Shown here: positions 49,866 through 60,594 of the stretch, one piece after another | How positions within the stretch are numbered: the first letter of the stretch is position 1 | How the letters are laid out: the number at the start of each line of letters is the position of its first letter | Assembly: GCA_963422205.2 (NCBI GenBank) | Contig: CAXMWX010000001.1 | Location: 320,001 to 384,000, forward strand | DNA length: 64,000 bases | Direction: 5' to 3' | Source of the DNA: Gammaproteobacteria bacterium | GTDB taxonomy: Bacteria > Pseudomonadota > Gammaproteobacteria > Eutrophobiales > Eutrophobiaceae | Notes under the pieces: generated by a model | What the model was told of the DNA's origin: nothing | The model's database searches: none | Seen by the model: the letters and a program-made list of their open reading frames with translations, nothing else | Program-made: the position numbers and the translations under genes

Positions 49866-51650
49866 ATGACTGCTTTTAGACAAATCTGGCAAATACTGCT
49901 CCCCAGGCAACGTCGGCAAGCCCTGTTGTTGGTGGTCATGCTGTTGATTGGTGTGTTTCTGGAGATGCTGAGTATCGGTCTGGTTGTCCCTCTGATTGCT
50001 GTGTTGATGCAGGATAATCCAGCACAGTATTTTCCAGTGTTGCAACCTGCATTTGACAGTCTGGGGCAGATCGACCAGCAGACGCTTATGCTGACAGGCT
50101 TGCTGGTGTTTGTCAGCGCCTATGTTATCAAGATATTGTTTTTAGCTTTGTTCTGCTGGTATCAGACGCGCGTTATCTTTCTTGTTCAGGCGAAGATATC
50201 GGAGCGGCTGTTTGATGTTTACCTGCAACAACCTTACAGCTTTCATCTACAACGTAATTCCGCTCAACTGATTCGCAATATCAGCGGCGAAGTCGGTTTA
50301 TTTGCTACGGGTGGTATGATGAGCAGTCTGAGGTTGCTCTCCGAGCTGCTGATACTGACTGGCCTGGTCATCCTGCTGCTGTTCGCTGAACCCCTGGGAT
50401 CGCTGTTTGTCGTCGGCCTGTTTGTGGTTGTTGTCGGCGGATTTCACGGCCTGACCCGCCATCGCCTGCGTCGATGGGGCTCTCTTCGCCAGCATCATGA
50501 TGGCCTGATTATGCAACACCTGCAACAGGGGCTGGGAGGGATTAAGGCGGCCAAGCTGGGCGGGTACGAAGCAACGTTTCTCAGGCAATACAGTACAAAC
50601 ATGAGCTGCGCTGTCCGTGTGCAGCGAAAGCAGCATGTTCTGGATCAAATGCCGCGTTTAGGGCTGGAGCTGCTGGCAATCAGCGCCCTGGCTATCCTGG
50701 TGATGAGTCTCGTTTTGCAGGGCCGTGATCCTGTCATCGTGCTGCCCGTGCTGGGCATGTTTGTTGCCGTTGCCTTTCGGCTCATGCCCTCGATCAACCG
50801 AATCATCACTACATCGCAGTACATCAATTATTCCCTGCCGGCGATAGACAAGGTATATACCGAGTTGATCGTTGATGCTCCGCCGCCAGCCGCTACCGGG
50901 GCAACGGAAAAGCACACCTCCTTCACCCGGCTGGTGATGGATGGGGTCTTTTATACCTATCCGAAGGCAACGGTACCGGCTTTAAGACAGATATCGCTGA
51001 TGATAAATAAAGGTGAAGCCGTGGGCATTGTGGGCGAGAGCGGTGCTGGTAAAAGCACGTTAATTGATGTACTGCTCGGTCTGTTAGCATCGCAGGAGGG
51101 CGATATCACCATTGACGGTGCGCCCATGCAGGCCACTCTGCGCTGCTGGCAACGTCAGATCGGCTATGTGCCGCAATCAATTTACCTTACCGATGACAGC
51201 ATTCGGCGCAACATCGCCTTTGGCGTGCCTGAGAAGAGCATTGACGATGTTGCCGTATTGCGTGCCATACAGGCAGCGCAGTTGAGTCGTTTTATCACCG
51301 GCCTGCCGGATGGGATTGAAACCCGTGTGGGTGAACTTGGCGTGCGTCTGTCCGGCGGCCAGCGCCAGCGCATTGGCATTGCCAGGGCGCTGTACCATAA
51401 CCCGGCTGTGCTGGTGCTGGATGAGGCCACCAGTTCGCTGGACATGATCACCGAACGGGAAGTCATGCAGGCGGTCATGGCGCTGCAAGGCGACAGGACG
51501 CTCATCATCGTTGCCCATCGCTTTTCCACCATCAGATATTGCGACCGCCTGTATCGCCTGCACAATGGCGAGATTGTGCAGAGTGGCTCTCCCGATGATA
51601 TCGCATTTGATCAACCTGCACCGGGCATCGTTGCCGTGGCGGGCAAATAA
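49866..51650 (+). CDS. ABC transporter (fused TMD-NBD), PglK-like lipid-linked glycan flippase
   Basis: 6 TM, AFRLMPS.NRI, GESGAGKST, LSGGQRQRIGIARALY, DEATSSLD. Confidence 0.9.
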   Translation: MTAFRQIWQILLPRQRRQALLLVVMLLIGVFLEMLSIGLVVPLIAVLMQDNPAQYFPVLQPAFDSLGQIDQQTLMLTGLLVFVSAYVIKILFLALFCWYQTRVIFLVQAKISERLFDVYLQQPYSFHLQRNSAQLIRNISGEVGLFATGGMMSSLRLLSELLILTGLVILLLFAEPLGSLFVVGLFVVVVGGFHGLTRHRLRRWGSLRQHHDGLIMQHLQQGLGGIKAAKLGGYEATFLRQYSTNMSCAVRVQRKQHVLDQMPRLGLELLAISALAILVMSLVLQGRDPVIVLPVLGMFVAVAFRLMPSINRIITTSQYINYSLPAIDKVYTELIVDAPPPAATGATEKHTSFTRLVMDGVFYTYPKATVPALRQISLMINKGEAVGIVGESGAGKSTLIDVLLGLLASQEGDITIDGAPMQATLRCWQRQIGYVPQSIYLTDDSIRRNIAFGVPEKSIDDVAVLRAIQAAQLSRFITGLPDGIETRVGELGVRLSGGQRQRIGIARALYHNPAVLVLDEATSSLDMITEREVMQAVMALQGDRTLIIVAHRFSTIRYCDRLYRLHNGEIVQSGSPDDIAFDQPAPGIVAVAGK

Positions 51651-51718
51651 CGTGCTGTGTTAAGGCGTGCCTTTAGATAGGCCATAGATAGGCCATCGCG
51701 CACGATACATTCAAACCC

Positions 51719-52756
51719 ATGCCAGCAGAGACTGCACTGATCAGCATCATTGTGCCGGTGTATAACACCCGGCCTTATCTACAGAGGTGCATGGACAGCC
51801 TGTTAAGCCAGACCTACCCGCACGTTGAAGTGATTTTTGTGGACGATGGCTCTACCGATGGCTCTGCTGATGAGATCAAAGCGCTGATGGATGGCGATGC
51901 CAGATGCCGCCTGTATCGTCAGGCCAATCAGGGGGCGGGGCCGGCCAGAAATCTGGGGCTGGCACACGCCAGGGGGGAATATATCGCCTTTGTTGACAGC
52001 GATGATTATGTTCAGCCGGATTATCTTCAGGCCATGTATGAGCAAATGCAGCATGATCATTCCCGGCTGTGTTTTTGTGCTATAAATGTGGTTGATTTAG
52101 AGTGCAAAATGCTGCCCTTTAATGTCGGCGAGCATTGGCGTGCCGCTGTTATTGGCTTGCTTGAGAGTACCGGCGCTGGCAGTGTATGCAATCGTTTGTT
52201 TGCCAGATCCGTGATAGCGGATAGCAGATTTTCAGAAGGGAGAACTGAAGATCTGGTGTTTATGATCGAGGTATTATTGCAGAGTCAGGTTGACAAGATT
52301 TCACACGTGAGAAAACCCCTGTACAACTATGTTATGAGGAAGGGCAGCAGCACAAACAGCCCGCCTTGTATGAGCGATATAGAGGGGATTGGTAAAAATT
52401 TACAACACCTGGGGCAGGTGATGGATCAATATGATGTTGATGCAGAGATAGGGCAGTATTACGCGTTGATGTGTGCACTCTGGTATTTTGGTGAGCTCTA
52501 CAATTTGCTGTGTCATGTAAGGAATGTGTACCCATACTTGCCGAGGTTGCAGAAAATTGTCGATGCATGTGAACTGCCAGAGCCGGATTTGGCGAGCTTG
52601 TTACAGTGGATGCCACGTTATTTAAGGCGGTTCCGCGGCCCACTGAAGGTTTTTACCTTGTCTATCTTATACCACTGGCCGCTCACTGCCAAGGCCATCC
52701 ATCCCCCAATCAAAGCCTACCGTTTGCTGAGGTGGGGATACAGGCCGTCAATATAA
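51719..52756 (+). CDS. Glycosyltransferase family 2
   Basis: SIIVPVYN, VDDGSTD, ARNLG, FVDSDD. Confidence 0.92.
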   Translation: MPAETALISIIVPVYNTRPYLQRCMDSLLSQTYPHVEVIFVDDGSTDGSADEIKALMDGDARCRLYRQANQGAGPARNLGLAHARGEYIAFVDSDDYVQPDYLQAMYEQMQHDHSRLCFCAINVVDLECKMLPFNVGEHWRAAVIGLLESTGAGSVCNRLFARSVIADSRFSEGRTEDLVFMIEVLLQSQVDKISHVRKPLYNYVMRKGSSTNSPPCMSDIEGIGKNLQHLGQVMDQYDVDAEIGQYYALMCALWYFGELYNLLCHVRNVYPYLPRLQKIVDACELPEPDLASLLQWMPRYLRRFRGPLKVFTLSILYHWPLTAKAIHPPIKAYRLLRWGYRPSI

Positions 52757-52795
52757 CCATTCTCTTAATTTAAGCCAATTCTGTTTTTTTTTAGG

Positions 52796-54133
52796 ATGAA
52801 TTTACAATCTCTTTGGTTGCCCAGGCGAATGAGCCAGCCTGAGCGCTGGCTGATCGCTGCCATGTTGATTTACAGCGGTATGGCTTTGACTGTGCCGGGT
52901 AATCCTTTTGGAGGGCATATGCTGCCGTGGTGGGCTACAGCTACAAGAGTGAGTATTGGCGGAGTCGGTCTCCACGGGCTGCTCTTTTGTCTCTGGCTGG
53001 CTTTTTTTGGTCGGTGTTTTCTATTAGAACTGCCGGCAAAGCATAATGAACCCATAATGAAGGCCGCATTTTTACTGGGACTGTTAGCCATCTGGTGTGG
53101 TCTTGTCTCCTTAAACGGGTCATCCTCATTTGGGGATACTGTACGCTCTTTGAAGTTTTTTGCTCATGTATTATTTGTGCTGGCTCTTGTTTTTTGGGTG
53201 CGACAGACGGGTAATCTGTGCCTGCACATGCTGATACTGGGTTTTGTTTTCGGCATATCTATCCATTTGATAGTCATGTTTTTATATCCTGTCGTAATGG
53301 CTGGAACATTACGGCTCTATCCACAAAATCTTGCCGGGCAGGTGGTAGCATTTGGCATTCATTTTTCTGCCTGGTTGTTTTATCGCTCTGATAAACCGGG
53401 GGTTCGGCTTTTTGCCCTGGCAGCGGCCCTGCTTTTTTGCTTTGCCGCAGCTATCAGTAGCTCGCGCGTGGCCTGGTTTACTGGTGTTATGGGTTTAATC
53501 GCCTGGGTCTATGTTTTGATATGGGCAAAACCTGCATTGCTGGCAGATCGAAAGCGGCTGAACAGGTTGCGATGGATAGTGCTGCCACTGCTTGGCATGG
53601 CCTTCATCGCTCTATACAAGACTCCGCTGTTTGATGCGGGTTTGCACTGGATGGGGCTTTTGATGAAGCAGAAATTCGCTTTGTATATAAAATATTGGGA
53701 CACGGGACGCTTATATGAGTTCGTTGGGACTGGTGAAATTCTACTTGAACATCCCTTCGGTGTTGGATACTCAGGTACTTATGATGCCTGGAAGTCGACA
53801 TCGCTTTACAGTAGCGGCAAGGTATTCGCTAAAGGTTATTTTCATTCCGTTTTTTTGCACTATGCCCTTGTCGGCGGTCTGCCCGGGCTCCTGATAAGCA
53901 TTGTGCTGTTTTTTTACTTGCTTAACATTATGCGTACTCAGTTAATATTTGTAATGGGTCGTACTGGGTTTATTTTCTTTATGTTAATTGCATTGCCGTG
54001 TTTTGTGAGCGCTAATACCGAAACCTATCTTATCGTCTCGATGTTATTGCCCAAAATAACGGCCATAATCGTTGGGTGGGCCTGGTCTTTAAGAGCAAGG
54101 CAGTTGGTATTCGCGCCAGTGAGGGGCGGCTGA
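52796..54133 (+). CDS. O-antigen ligase/polymerase-like membrane protein
   Basis: About 11 hydrophobic segments; SSRVAW, HPFGVGY, HSVFL...GG.PG. Confidence 0.65.
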   Translation: MNLQSLWLPRRMSQPERWLIAAMLIYSGMALTVPGNPFGGHMLPWWATATRVSIGGVGLHGLLFCLWLAFFGRCFLLELPAKHNEPIMKAAFLLGLLAIWCGLVSLNGSSSFGDTVRSLKFFAHVLFVLALVFWVRQTGNLCLHMLILGFVFGISIHLIVMFLYPVVMAGTLRLYPQNLAGQVVAFGIHFSAWLFYRSDKPGVRLFALAAALLFCFAAAISSSRVAWFTGVMGLIAWVYVLIWAKPALLADRKRLNRLRWIVLPLLGMAFIALYKTPLFDAGLHWMGLLMKQKFALYIKYWDTGRLYEFVGTGEILLEHPFGVGYSGTYDAWKSTSLYSSGKVFAKGYFHSVFLHYALVGGLPGLLISIVLFFYLLNIMRTQLIFVMGRTGFIFFMLIALPCFVSANTETYLIVSMLLPKITAIIVGWAWSLRARQLVFAPVRGG

Positions 54134-54286
54134 TATAGCTGTTTCGATGCTGTGGATTGGTGGCGGTTTGCCGCCGGATTTAATGTGGCAACGATGAGGG
54201 GTTGCGCCAGTCACATATTAAACCCGGCATCATTGCAAACAGCGCACAGCAGGGGTGGCTGTCGGGTTGACTGAAACAGGCCGAGC

Positions 54287-55120
54287 TTACATCGCCTGTC
54301 TTGAAAGGAGTCGCCTTGCCCATGATGTTAATTTTGTTTTGAGTTCCCTCTTCAATACCGCCCGGTTTTTCTGCTCACCCAAATAAGCATAGTGACAAAA
54401 ATACCCGCTTGCTTTTAACAGGCCCAGATTTTCAACCTCTCTAAGCACTCTCCATCGGGCCTGCATAGCTTTGAATCTGTTGCGTGATAAGGAATTGGCT
54501 CGAATTCTGTAAAGCGATAGTATTTTTTTGATGCCGACGGCCCTGCCTGTTTTTTTTAGTATCTCCAACCAGCAGGCATGATCCTCATGCATGGGCAGGT
54601 TTCTAAAAAATACCTTGCCCACCTGCTCGGTATCATAGATGCAGGTTGAACAGCCTATTGTATTTAACTTCAGCATGTCTGTGTAGGTTGTCTCGTCTGG
54701 AACGATAACCTGATCGATGACCGTGGTGCCATCCTCGGTGATCATGTCGTATGAGGAAAAGCACATTGCCAAGTTGTTCCTGGTCAGAAAATTTAGCGAG
54801 TATTCCAGAAACTCCGGCAGCCACAGATCATCGCTGTCGAGAAAAGCAAAGTATCGCCCGCGTGCATGTTCAATGGCCTTGTTCCTTGCCGCATAGGCGC
54901 CGGTATTGGCCGGCAGGCTGAACAGGCGTATCCCGGGCTCGTTTTTCATATACTCGTTGACCACAGCCACCCCGGCATCGGTTGAGCCATCATCCACGAT
55001 GAGCATCTCCCAGTGCGGCCAGGTTTGCTTGCTCACGCTCGCTATCGTCTGCCCGATGTAATCCTGGCAGTTATACATCGGCGTGATAACAGAGACTAAA
55101 GGATTATCGACATCATGCAT
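54287..55120 (-). CDS. Glycosyltransferase family 2 (TuaG-like)
   Basis: VSVITPMYN, VDDGSTD, FLDSDDLW, ED motif. Confidence 0.92.
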   Translation of the reverse strand: MHDVDNPLVSVITPMYNCQDYIGQTIASVSKQTWPHWEMLIVDDGSTDAGVAVVNEYMKNEPGIRLFSLPANTGAYAARNKAIEHARGRYFAFLDSDDLWLPEFLEYSLNFLTRNNLAMCFSSYDMITEDGTTVIDQVIVPDETTYTDMLKLNTIGCSTCIYDTEQVGKVFFRNLPMHEDHACWLEILKKTGRAVGIKKILSLYRIRANSLSRNRFKAMQARWRVLREVENLGLLKASGYFCHYAYLGEQKNRAVLKRELKTKLTSWARRLLSRQAM

Positions 55121-55141
55121 GTGTATCGGTTTGTCCGCTTG

Positions 55142-55885
55142 TCATTTAAGAGAGGCCAGCAACTCATCGTAGGCACTCGGATACCAGGCATCAAAATCCT
55201 GTTGGTACTTTTCGTAAACCAGGGCGGCGGTTTGTTTTGTGTAGTGTGCCATCCATTCATCCGGGTGGTTTTGCGATTGATTGAAACGCGGCAGGGGCTT
55301 TAACTGAAACCGTTGCTTGACAGCTTCAAAGTCCTGCGCCAGGTGTTCATACCGGCCGATAAAATCAAGCTGTGCCCTGTGGTGTTGGTGGATATGAAAA
55401 TACTGCGACATAAAATGTTTTTCAGATAAAAACATCGGGATCCTGCTTATCTTCAGGACGAATTCATCAAAGGTTTCCACATTCCCCAAATAGCCGCCAA
55501 GATAATATTCATACACACGTCTTTTAACCAGCTTGTCCAGGTAACAGGAGTATACCCTGGAGAAGGGATTACGCACAAAGCTGAATTTGAAATAGTCTGC
55601 CGTATGCCTTAGCTTATGCAGGCGGGTGGTGGTATGTTGCACATGCGCCTCATCGGTCAGATGTATTGTGCCGTTATCTGCAAATGTCTGCTGGAAGAAA
55701 GTGGTCTTGATGGACGAGCAGGCATTTTTGGGCAGGGTAAGGTAGATGAGTTTTCTTCTGTGATCTATCACATACCGGGGAGAGGTAAAAAAATAAGTAT
55801 CACGCCAGAGGCTGGTCGCTTTACGCAGGATCCTGAATGCAGGTGTGGGCAAACGGTGTTTGAGGGCGGTGCGTAGGTATTGCAT
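55142..55885 (-). CDS. Sulfotransferase family 2 (carbohydrate sulfotransferase-like)
   Basis: PKNACSSIK (5'-PSB), FSFVRNPFSR..S.Y (3'-PB), HF.SQ, DFIGRYE, Y..DF. Confidence 0.88.
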   Translation of the reverse strand: MQYLRTALKHRLPTPAFRILRKATSLWRDTYFFTSPRYVIDHRRKLIYLTLPKNACSSIKTTFFQQTFADNGTIHLTDEAHVQHTTTRLHKLRHTADYFKFSFVRNPFSRVYSCYLDKLVKRRVYEYYLGGYLGNVETFDEFVLKISRIPMFLSEKHFMSQYFHIHQHHRAQLDFIGRYEHLAQDFEAVKQRFQLKPLPRFNQSQNHPDEWMAHYTKQTAALVYEKYQQDFDAWYPSAYDELLASLK

Positions 55886-55954
55886 CAGATTGGTGCCTGC
55901 TGGTTACTGTCTTCCTTACCTGATTTGCTATTATGTTACCCCATGCACATGGAC

Positions 55955-56759
55955 ATGAAAATTGAATTTTTGATTTCAACCATGAACAGAGAAAATCTGG
56001 ATTTTCTTATCCCCATGTTTGAGAAATCCCCATGTTTGAGAAAATCGGCTTGGCGCGCATTCATGCCCTGATTGTCAATCAATGTACAGCCATTCCCCCC
56101 CCCGGGAGAAGTTTACAGGGGATGGCCTGGAGAACATCAGCATGGTATCCTTAACGGAAGTCGGGCTGTCGAAAAGCAGAAACCGGTTACTGCAACAGGC
56201 CACCGGCGATGTCTGTGTGTTCGCCGATGATGATCTTGTCTATGAGCCAGATTATCTGGATAGGTTAGAGCAGGTATACTCATCCATGGACATGGACATC
56301 TGTGCCTTTTATAGAAAAGAGAGAACCATACGGCGTAGATTGTTCAACTGTAAAACCCTGGATTTATTCAGCATATCAAGCTGTGAAATCAGTTTTCGAC
56401 GAGCCAGCATCATTGACAAGGGGATTTATTTTGATGAGCAGTTCGGTCTTGGCAGTGGCCGCTATGAGATAGCGGAAGAGACTATCTGGCTGCATGATTG
56501 TTTGCAAGGCAACGTAAAAATCATGCGCTATCCTTACCATGCCGTCTCTCATCCGCATCCCTCATCGGGTGAGAGTGTCGATTTAAATACTCTGGCAGGG
56601 AAGGGGCCTGCGTTTAAAGGAATGTTCGGTGCTTATGGATATGTTTTCTTATTTTTGTTTCTGGTCAAAAAGCGGCCTTTATATACCGGTAAGGAAAATT
56701 ATTTCAGGGTTTTCTATCAGGCGGTTAAACGTGCGCGGGCTTATAAACTGGAAAAATAA
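55955..56759 (+). pseudogene. GT2-family glycosyltransferase disrupted by a 17-bp duplication and a C9 tract
   Basis: MKIEFLISTMNR...LIVNQ...GLSKSRN...ADDD...FDEQFGLG..EE; duplication 56010-56043, C9 at 56095-56103. Confidence 0.8.
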
Positions 56760-56827
56760 GGGGATCATGGGGGTGATCATGTTCAGCATGTTATCTTGCC
56801 GTGGCATCAAGACCGGCCGGGGATAAT

Positions 56828-57874
56828 ATGGACCGATTTTTTGCGCCTGTATTTATCGCCCTGCTGATGGGCGTGGTCATATTATCCAGTTTCTGGCTGG
56901 CTGGATTGATGCGGCGATACTGCCTGAAAAATGACATGCTTGACCGGCCTGCTGAGCACAAGTTACATACCGCCCCAACACCCAGAGGCGGCGGGATGGC
57001 CATCGTTGCCATGACGCTGCTGTGTATTGTTATGCTGATGGTGTCTGGATTACTGCCGATGCGTCTGGGCGGTGCCATGTTGGGCGGCGGGATACTGGTG
57101 GTGCTTGTGGCCTGGCGTGAGGATCATAGAGGGGTCTCCATACTCTGGCGTGGGATCTGTTATCTGGCGGCACCTGCATTTAGTGTGTATCTGATGGGCG
57201 GTGTTGATGCGCTCACGTTGGATGGCCGCTTGTTTGTGGCCATGGGTTTTGCCGGTAATCTGCTCATCATTATCGCCCTGTCATGGCTGATCAATCTGTA
57301 TAATTTTATGGATGGTGCAGATGGGCTTGCCGCCGTACAGGCGATGGCCACCAGCCTGCCGGGCGGTTTTTTGTTTTGCCTGGCCGGGCACCATGCGCTG
57401 GGGATGATATGTTTTGTGATTGCCGCCGCTGCCCTGGGTTTTTTATTCTGGAACTGGGCGCCGGCGAAGCTGTTTATGGGCGATGTTGGCAGTTGCTTTT
57501 TGGGTTTTATGTTCGGGATGCTGATGCTGGCAGGCGAGTATACCGACTCAGTACCTGTACCAGTGTGGCTTGTTTTACTGGCCATATTCATCTGGGATGC
57601 GACCCTGACGTTGCTTAAAAGACTGGTTGCCGGTGAGACGTGGTATGCTGCTCACAAACAACATGCCTTCCAGAAATTGCTGCAAATGAGGATGTCGCAT
57701 TCCACGCTGGCGTTGTGGGTTTTGGCGCTTAATGTTATCGTGCTCTGGCCTCTGGCCCTGGTGGCGCACACCAGGCCGCCGCTGGCGCCTTATATGGTGT
57801 TCGCCAGTATGGTTATCATGACTGCTGTCTGGTTGGCAATACAGGCCATCTGGCTGAAACAGGCGCCAAAGTGA
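56828..57874 (+). CDS. MraY/WecA-family undecaprenyl-phosphate sugar-1-P transferase (WbpL-like)
   Basis: H..PTPRGGG, NLYNFMDGADG, NWAPAKLFMGDVGS, AHKQHAFQ. Confidence 0.92.
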   Translation: MDRFFAPVFIALLMGVVILSSFWLAGLMRRYCLKNDMLDRPAEHKLHTAPTPRGGGMAIVAMTLLCIVMLMVSGLLPMRLGGAMLGGGILVVLVAWREDHRGVSILWRGICYLAAPAFSVYLMGGVDALTLDGRLFVAMGFAGNLLIIIALSWLINLYNFMDGADGLAAVQAMATSLPGGFLFCLAGHHALGMICFVIAAAALGFLFWNWAPAKLFMGDVGSCFLGFMFGMLMLAGEYTDSVPVPVWLVLLAIFIWDATLTLLKRLVAGETWYAAHKQHAFQKLLQMRMSHSTLALWVLALNVIVLWPLALVAHTRPPLAPYMVFASMVIMTAVWLAIQAIWLKQAPK

Positions 57875-58018
57875 CCCCCTTGTCAACGTGATAATGATGG
57901 TAATCATTGGGTTGCTGGTGCTATGGTTAGGTAAGGGAGATCGTGTCAGAATAGCGGCCTGGATATGAGATAACGGTGCGGTTTTTAATTTTATATCTAA
58001 TCATTGGAGTTTTTTTTC

Positions 58019-59308
58019 ATGGTAAGGCTCATTTTATTAGAACTGAATGAAATAAATTTTCGCTATCTAGAAAGATACATTGATAAGGGGTTTTTGCCTA
58101 AGTTCAGGCGGGTTTTTGAGAAATTCGGATATGCACAAACCCGTTCCGAAACCAAGCATGAATATCTTGAACCATGGATACAGTGGGTTACTGCGCATAC
58201 GGGCAAATCCTTCTCAGAGCATAAAATATTCAGGCTGGGTGATGCGATCACGCATGAACATAGACAGATATGGGAATACCTTGAAGAGGGAAAAGGTATG
58301 AAGGTCGGCGCAATATCGCCATTTAATGGGGTCAACCGATTAAAAAAAGCCGCTTTTTTTTTACCGGATCCATGGACAAAAACAGCAGTAACCGGCAGTC
58401 GACTGGATCGAGCCATCAGTGATGCGGTATCTCAAGCCGTCAATAGTAATGCACATGGCAACATAACCCTGAAGTCAGTCGTGTCTCTTGTCCTTGGCGC
58501 TGTTAGCTATGCGCGTTTGACAAACTATGGCAAGTACCTGGACTATATGCTGAATGCGAAGGCATGCTCTTGGTACAAAGCCTTGTTTCTGGATCTTTTT
58601 TTAGCCGATATATTTATAAACAAGCTGCGGCGCAAGCAACCTGATTTCGCCTCTCTGTTTTTGAATGCTGGTGCACATATTCAGCATCATTATATGTTCT
58701 CCTCATCGGTCTATGATGGAGAACCAAAGAACCCAGCCTGGTATATAGATTCTGATAAAGATCCTGTGCTTGCTGCCTACCAGCTCTATGATGCTATTCT
58801 CGGTGCGATACTGAAAAACTTTCCTGCCAGCCGCATCATGCTTGCGACAGGCTTGCACCAGGACCCATGTTCTGAAATAAAATATTATTATCGCCTGAAA
58901 GACCATGCACACTTCCTGCAGCAACTGGGTATTGTGTTTAGCGAAGTTCACCCCAGAATGTCCAGGGATTTTCTGATTACGTTTGAGAATCAGCAAGAGG
59001 CGAGCAAAGCAGAGGCAGAACTGCTATCAATAAAATGCCCGGAGGGCAGCGAAATTTTTTATGTTGATAATCGCAGCACCACTCTATTTGTGGAATTGCA
59101 ATATGCTAAAGAAATCAAGCCGAATTTTGAACTCTATAAAAACAGCGTACCTTTCATGCGTTTTGCTGAGCATGTCGTGTTTGTCGCACTTAAAAACGGC
59201 GAGCATAATGGAATCGGTTATTTTGTCGACACCGGCTCACATCGGGTGGCAAGAGATACTGTTTTTCCGCTGGCTGCCCTGCCAGAGAAAATAACAGCCT
59301 GTTTTTAA
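58019..59308 (+). CDS. Hypothetical protein, probable alkaline-phosphatase superfamily
   Basis: LLELNE, LEPWIQWVTAHTG, AHIQHHY; long AT-rich ORF with GGAG RBS. Confidence 0.6.
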   Translation: MVRLILLELNEINFRYLERYIDKGFLPKFRRVFEKFGYAQTRSETKHEYLEPWIQWVTAHTGKSFSEHKIFRLGDAITHEHRQIWEYLEEGKGMKVGAISPFNGVNRLKKAAFFLPDPWTKTAVTGSRLDRAISDAVSQAVNSNAHGNITLKSVVSLVLGAVSYARLTNYGKYLDYMLNAKACSWYKALFLDLFLADIFINKLRRKQPDFASLFLNAGAHIQHHYMFSSSVYDGEPKNPAWYIDSDKDPVLAAYQLYDAILGAILKNFPASRIMLATGLHQDPCSEIKYYYRLKDHAHFLQQLGIVFSEVHPRMSRDFLITFENQQEASKAEAELLSIKCPEGSEIFYVDNRSTTLFVELQYAKEIKPNFELYKNSVPFMRFAEHVVFVALKNGEHNGIGYFVDTGSHRVARDTVFPLAALPEKITACF

Positions 59309-59600
59309 CAAATGCCTCCGGCATCTTGATACGTGAAATGCGCTGCGAATAAACCATGCTCATGATGTACTGAATCAAATCATTCTTATGCCCGCATAGT
59401 CTAAAAAAAACCTCTGAACAATTAAGGATTCATGCATAAATTATTCAGAGCCTCATTAAGTGGATACGCTGCCTGCATTTGATGCCCACTGGCTGATGAC
59501 CTGCCCCTTTGAGGCTTTGCGGGTTTTCTTACATAGAACTTTTCGAGACCGTTTGCATTCAGGCTGTGTTCTTGCATAGCGCTTTTTCTCTAGCAAGATA

Positions 59601-59623
59601 GAGGCTGTCAAAATACTGTGTAA
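59601..59623 (-). mobile_element. Possible isolated IS256-family terminal inverted repeat
   Basis: TTACACAGTATTTTGACAGCCTC resembles IS256-type ends; no transposase nearby. Confidence 0.3.
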
Positions 59624-59746
59624 CTGAACCGGCAATGTTATTCATGAATATCATCAAAGCCGTCTTTCCCGTTTGCGGGCTGTGTCCGCTGCCAGCAACA
59701 AAAATCACGGCTCAAGTCCTCAGGCTTTTCCTTAACCACGACGTGT

Positions 59747-60514
59747 TTATGTGTTGCGGCGGAGTGGCCACAATTTGTCGAATTGCCCGATCTTGCGTAA
59801 CGGCTTGGCGAGCAAGGCATAATCTATTGCACCGGCGCCCAACCATTTTCTCCTTGATTTCAGGGATTCGATATTATTAATAGTGTAGCCCGAAACCCCC
59901 GATACGAGGCCACCATCCATCATGTCTACCATGACATGATCGATGAGTCTGGCGTTGAAGTGATGCACTTCAAAGGCGCGCAGCATCCAGTCATAATCAG
60001 CCGCCAGCCGAAATTCCAGGTTGTACAGACCAACGGCCTCGACGACTCGGCGGCGAACATAGAAGGTCGGATGGGCGGGCATCCAGCCGGACTGGAATGC
60101 CCCTAGCCAGTAAGGCGGCTCCCGCCAGCGCCGGATTATGCTGCCTTCCCTGTGATCGTGCACGTAGTTGAGATGGCCTGACAGCATGTCCGCCTCACGG
60201 AGGCCCTCGGCGATACGGCCGAGAATAGAGGCATCGTGAAACTGATCGTCCGCATTCAGCATCCCCACGGCATCGCCGGAGAACAGGCGCAGCCCCTTGT
60301 TTATCGCATCGTAAAGCCCCCGGTCGGGCGCCGATACGAACATGATGTCCTGACGATCCAGGAAGGGCTGCACTACGCCAGCCGTACCATCGGTTGACCC
60401 CCCATCGATCACGATAAGTTCCTTATCCGCATAATCCTGGGCTATAAAAGAGCCCAGCGTATAGCCGATGGTCTCAACCGCATTCAAACAGACAGTGATG
60501 ACTGAAATTTTCAT
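59747..60514 (-). CDS. Glycosyltransferase family 2 (WcaE-like)
   Basis: KISVITVC, IDGGSTDGT, D.GLYDAINKG, LNADD, PAHP.F, AADYD. Confidence 0.92.
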   Translation of the reverse strand: MKISVITVCLNAVETIGYTLGSFIAQDYADKELIVIDGGSTDGTAGVVQPFLDRQDIMFVSAPDRGLYDAINKGLRLFSGDAVGMLNADDQFHDASILGRIAEGLREADMLSGHLNYVHDHREGSIIRRWREPPYWLGAFQSGWMPAHPTFYVRRRVVEAVGLYNLEFRLAADYDWMLRAFEVHHFNARLIDHVMVDMMDGGLVSGVSGYTINNIESLKSRRKWLGAGAIDYALLAKPLRKIGQFDKLWPLRRNT

Positions 60515-60594
60515 GATCTTTCCCTGATCATTTTAGCCTCGGTCATTTTATCCTCCCGGGGCATTGTCCCGTTGATGCAAAGGTCGCCCCGCCT

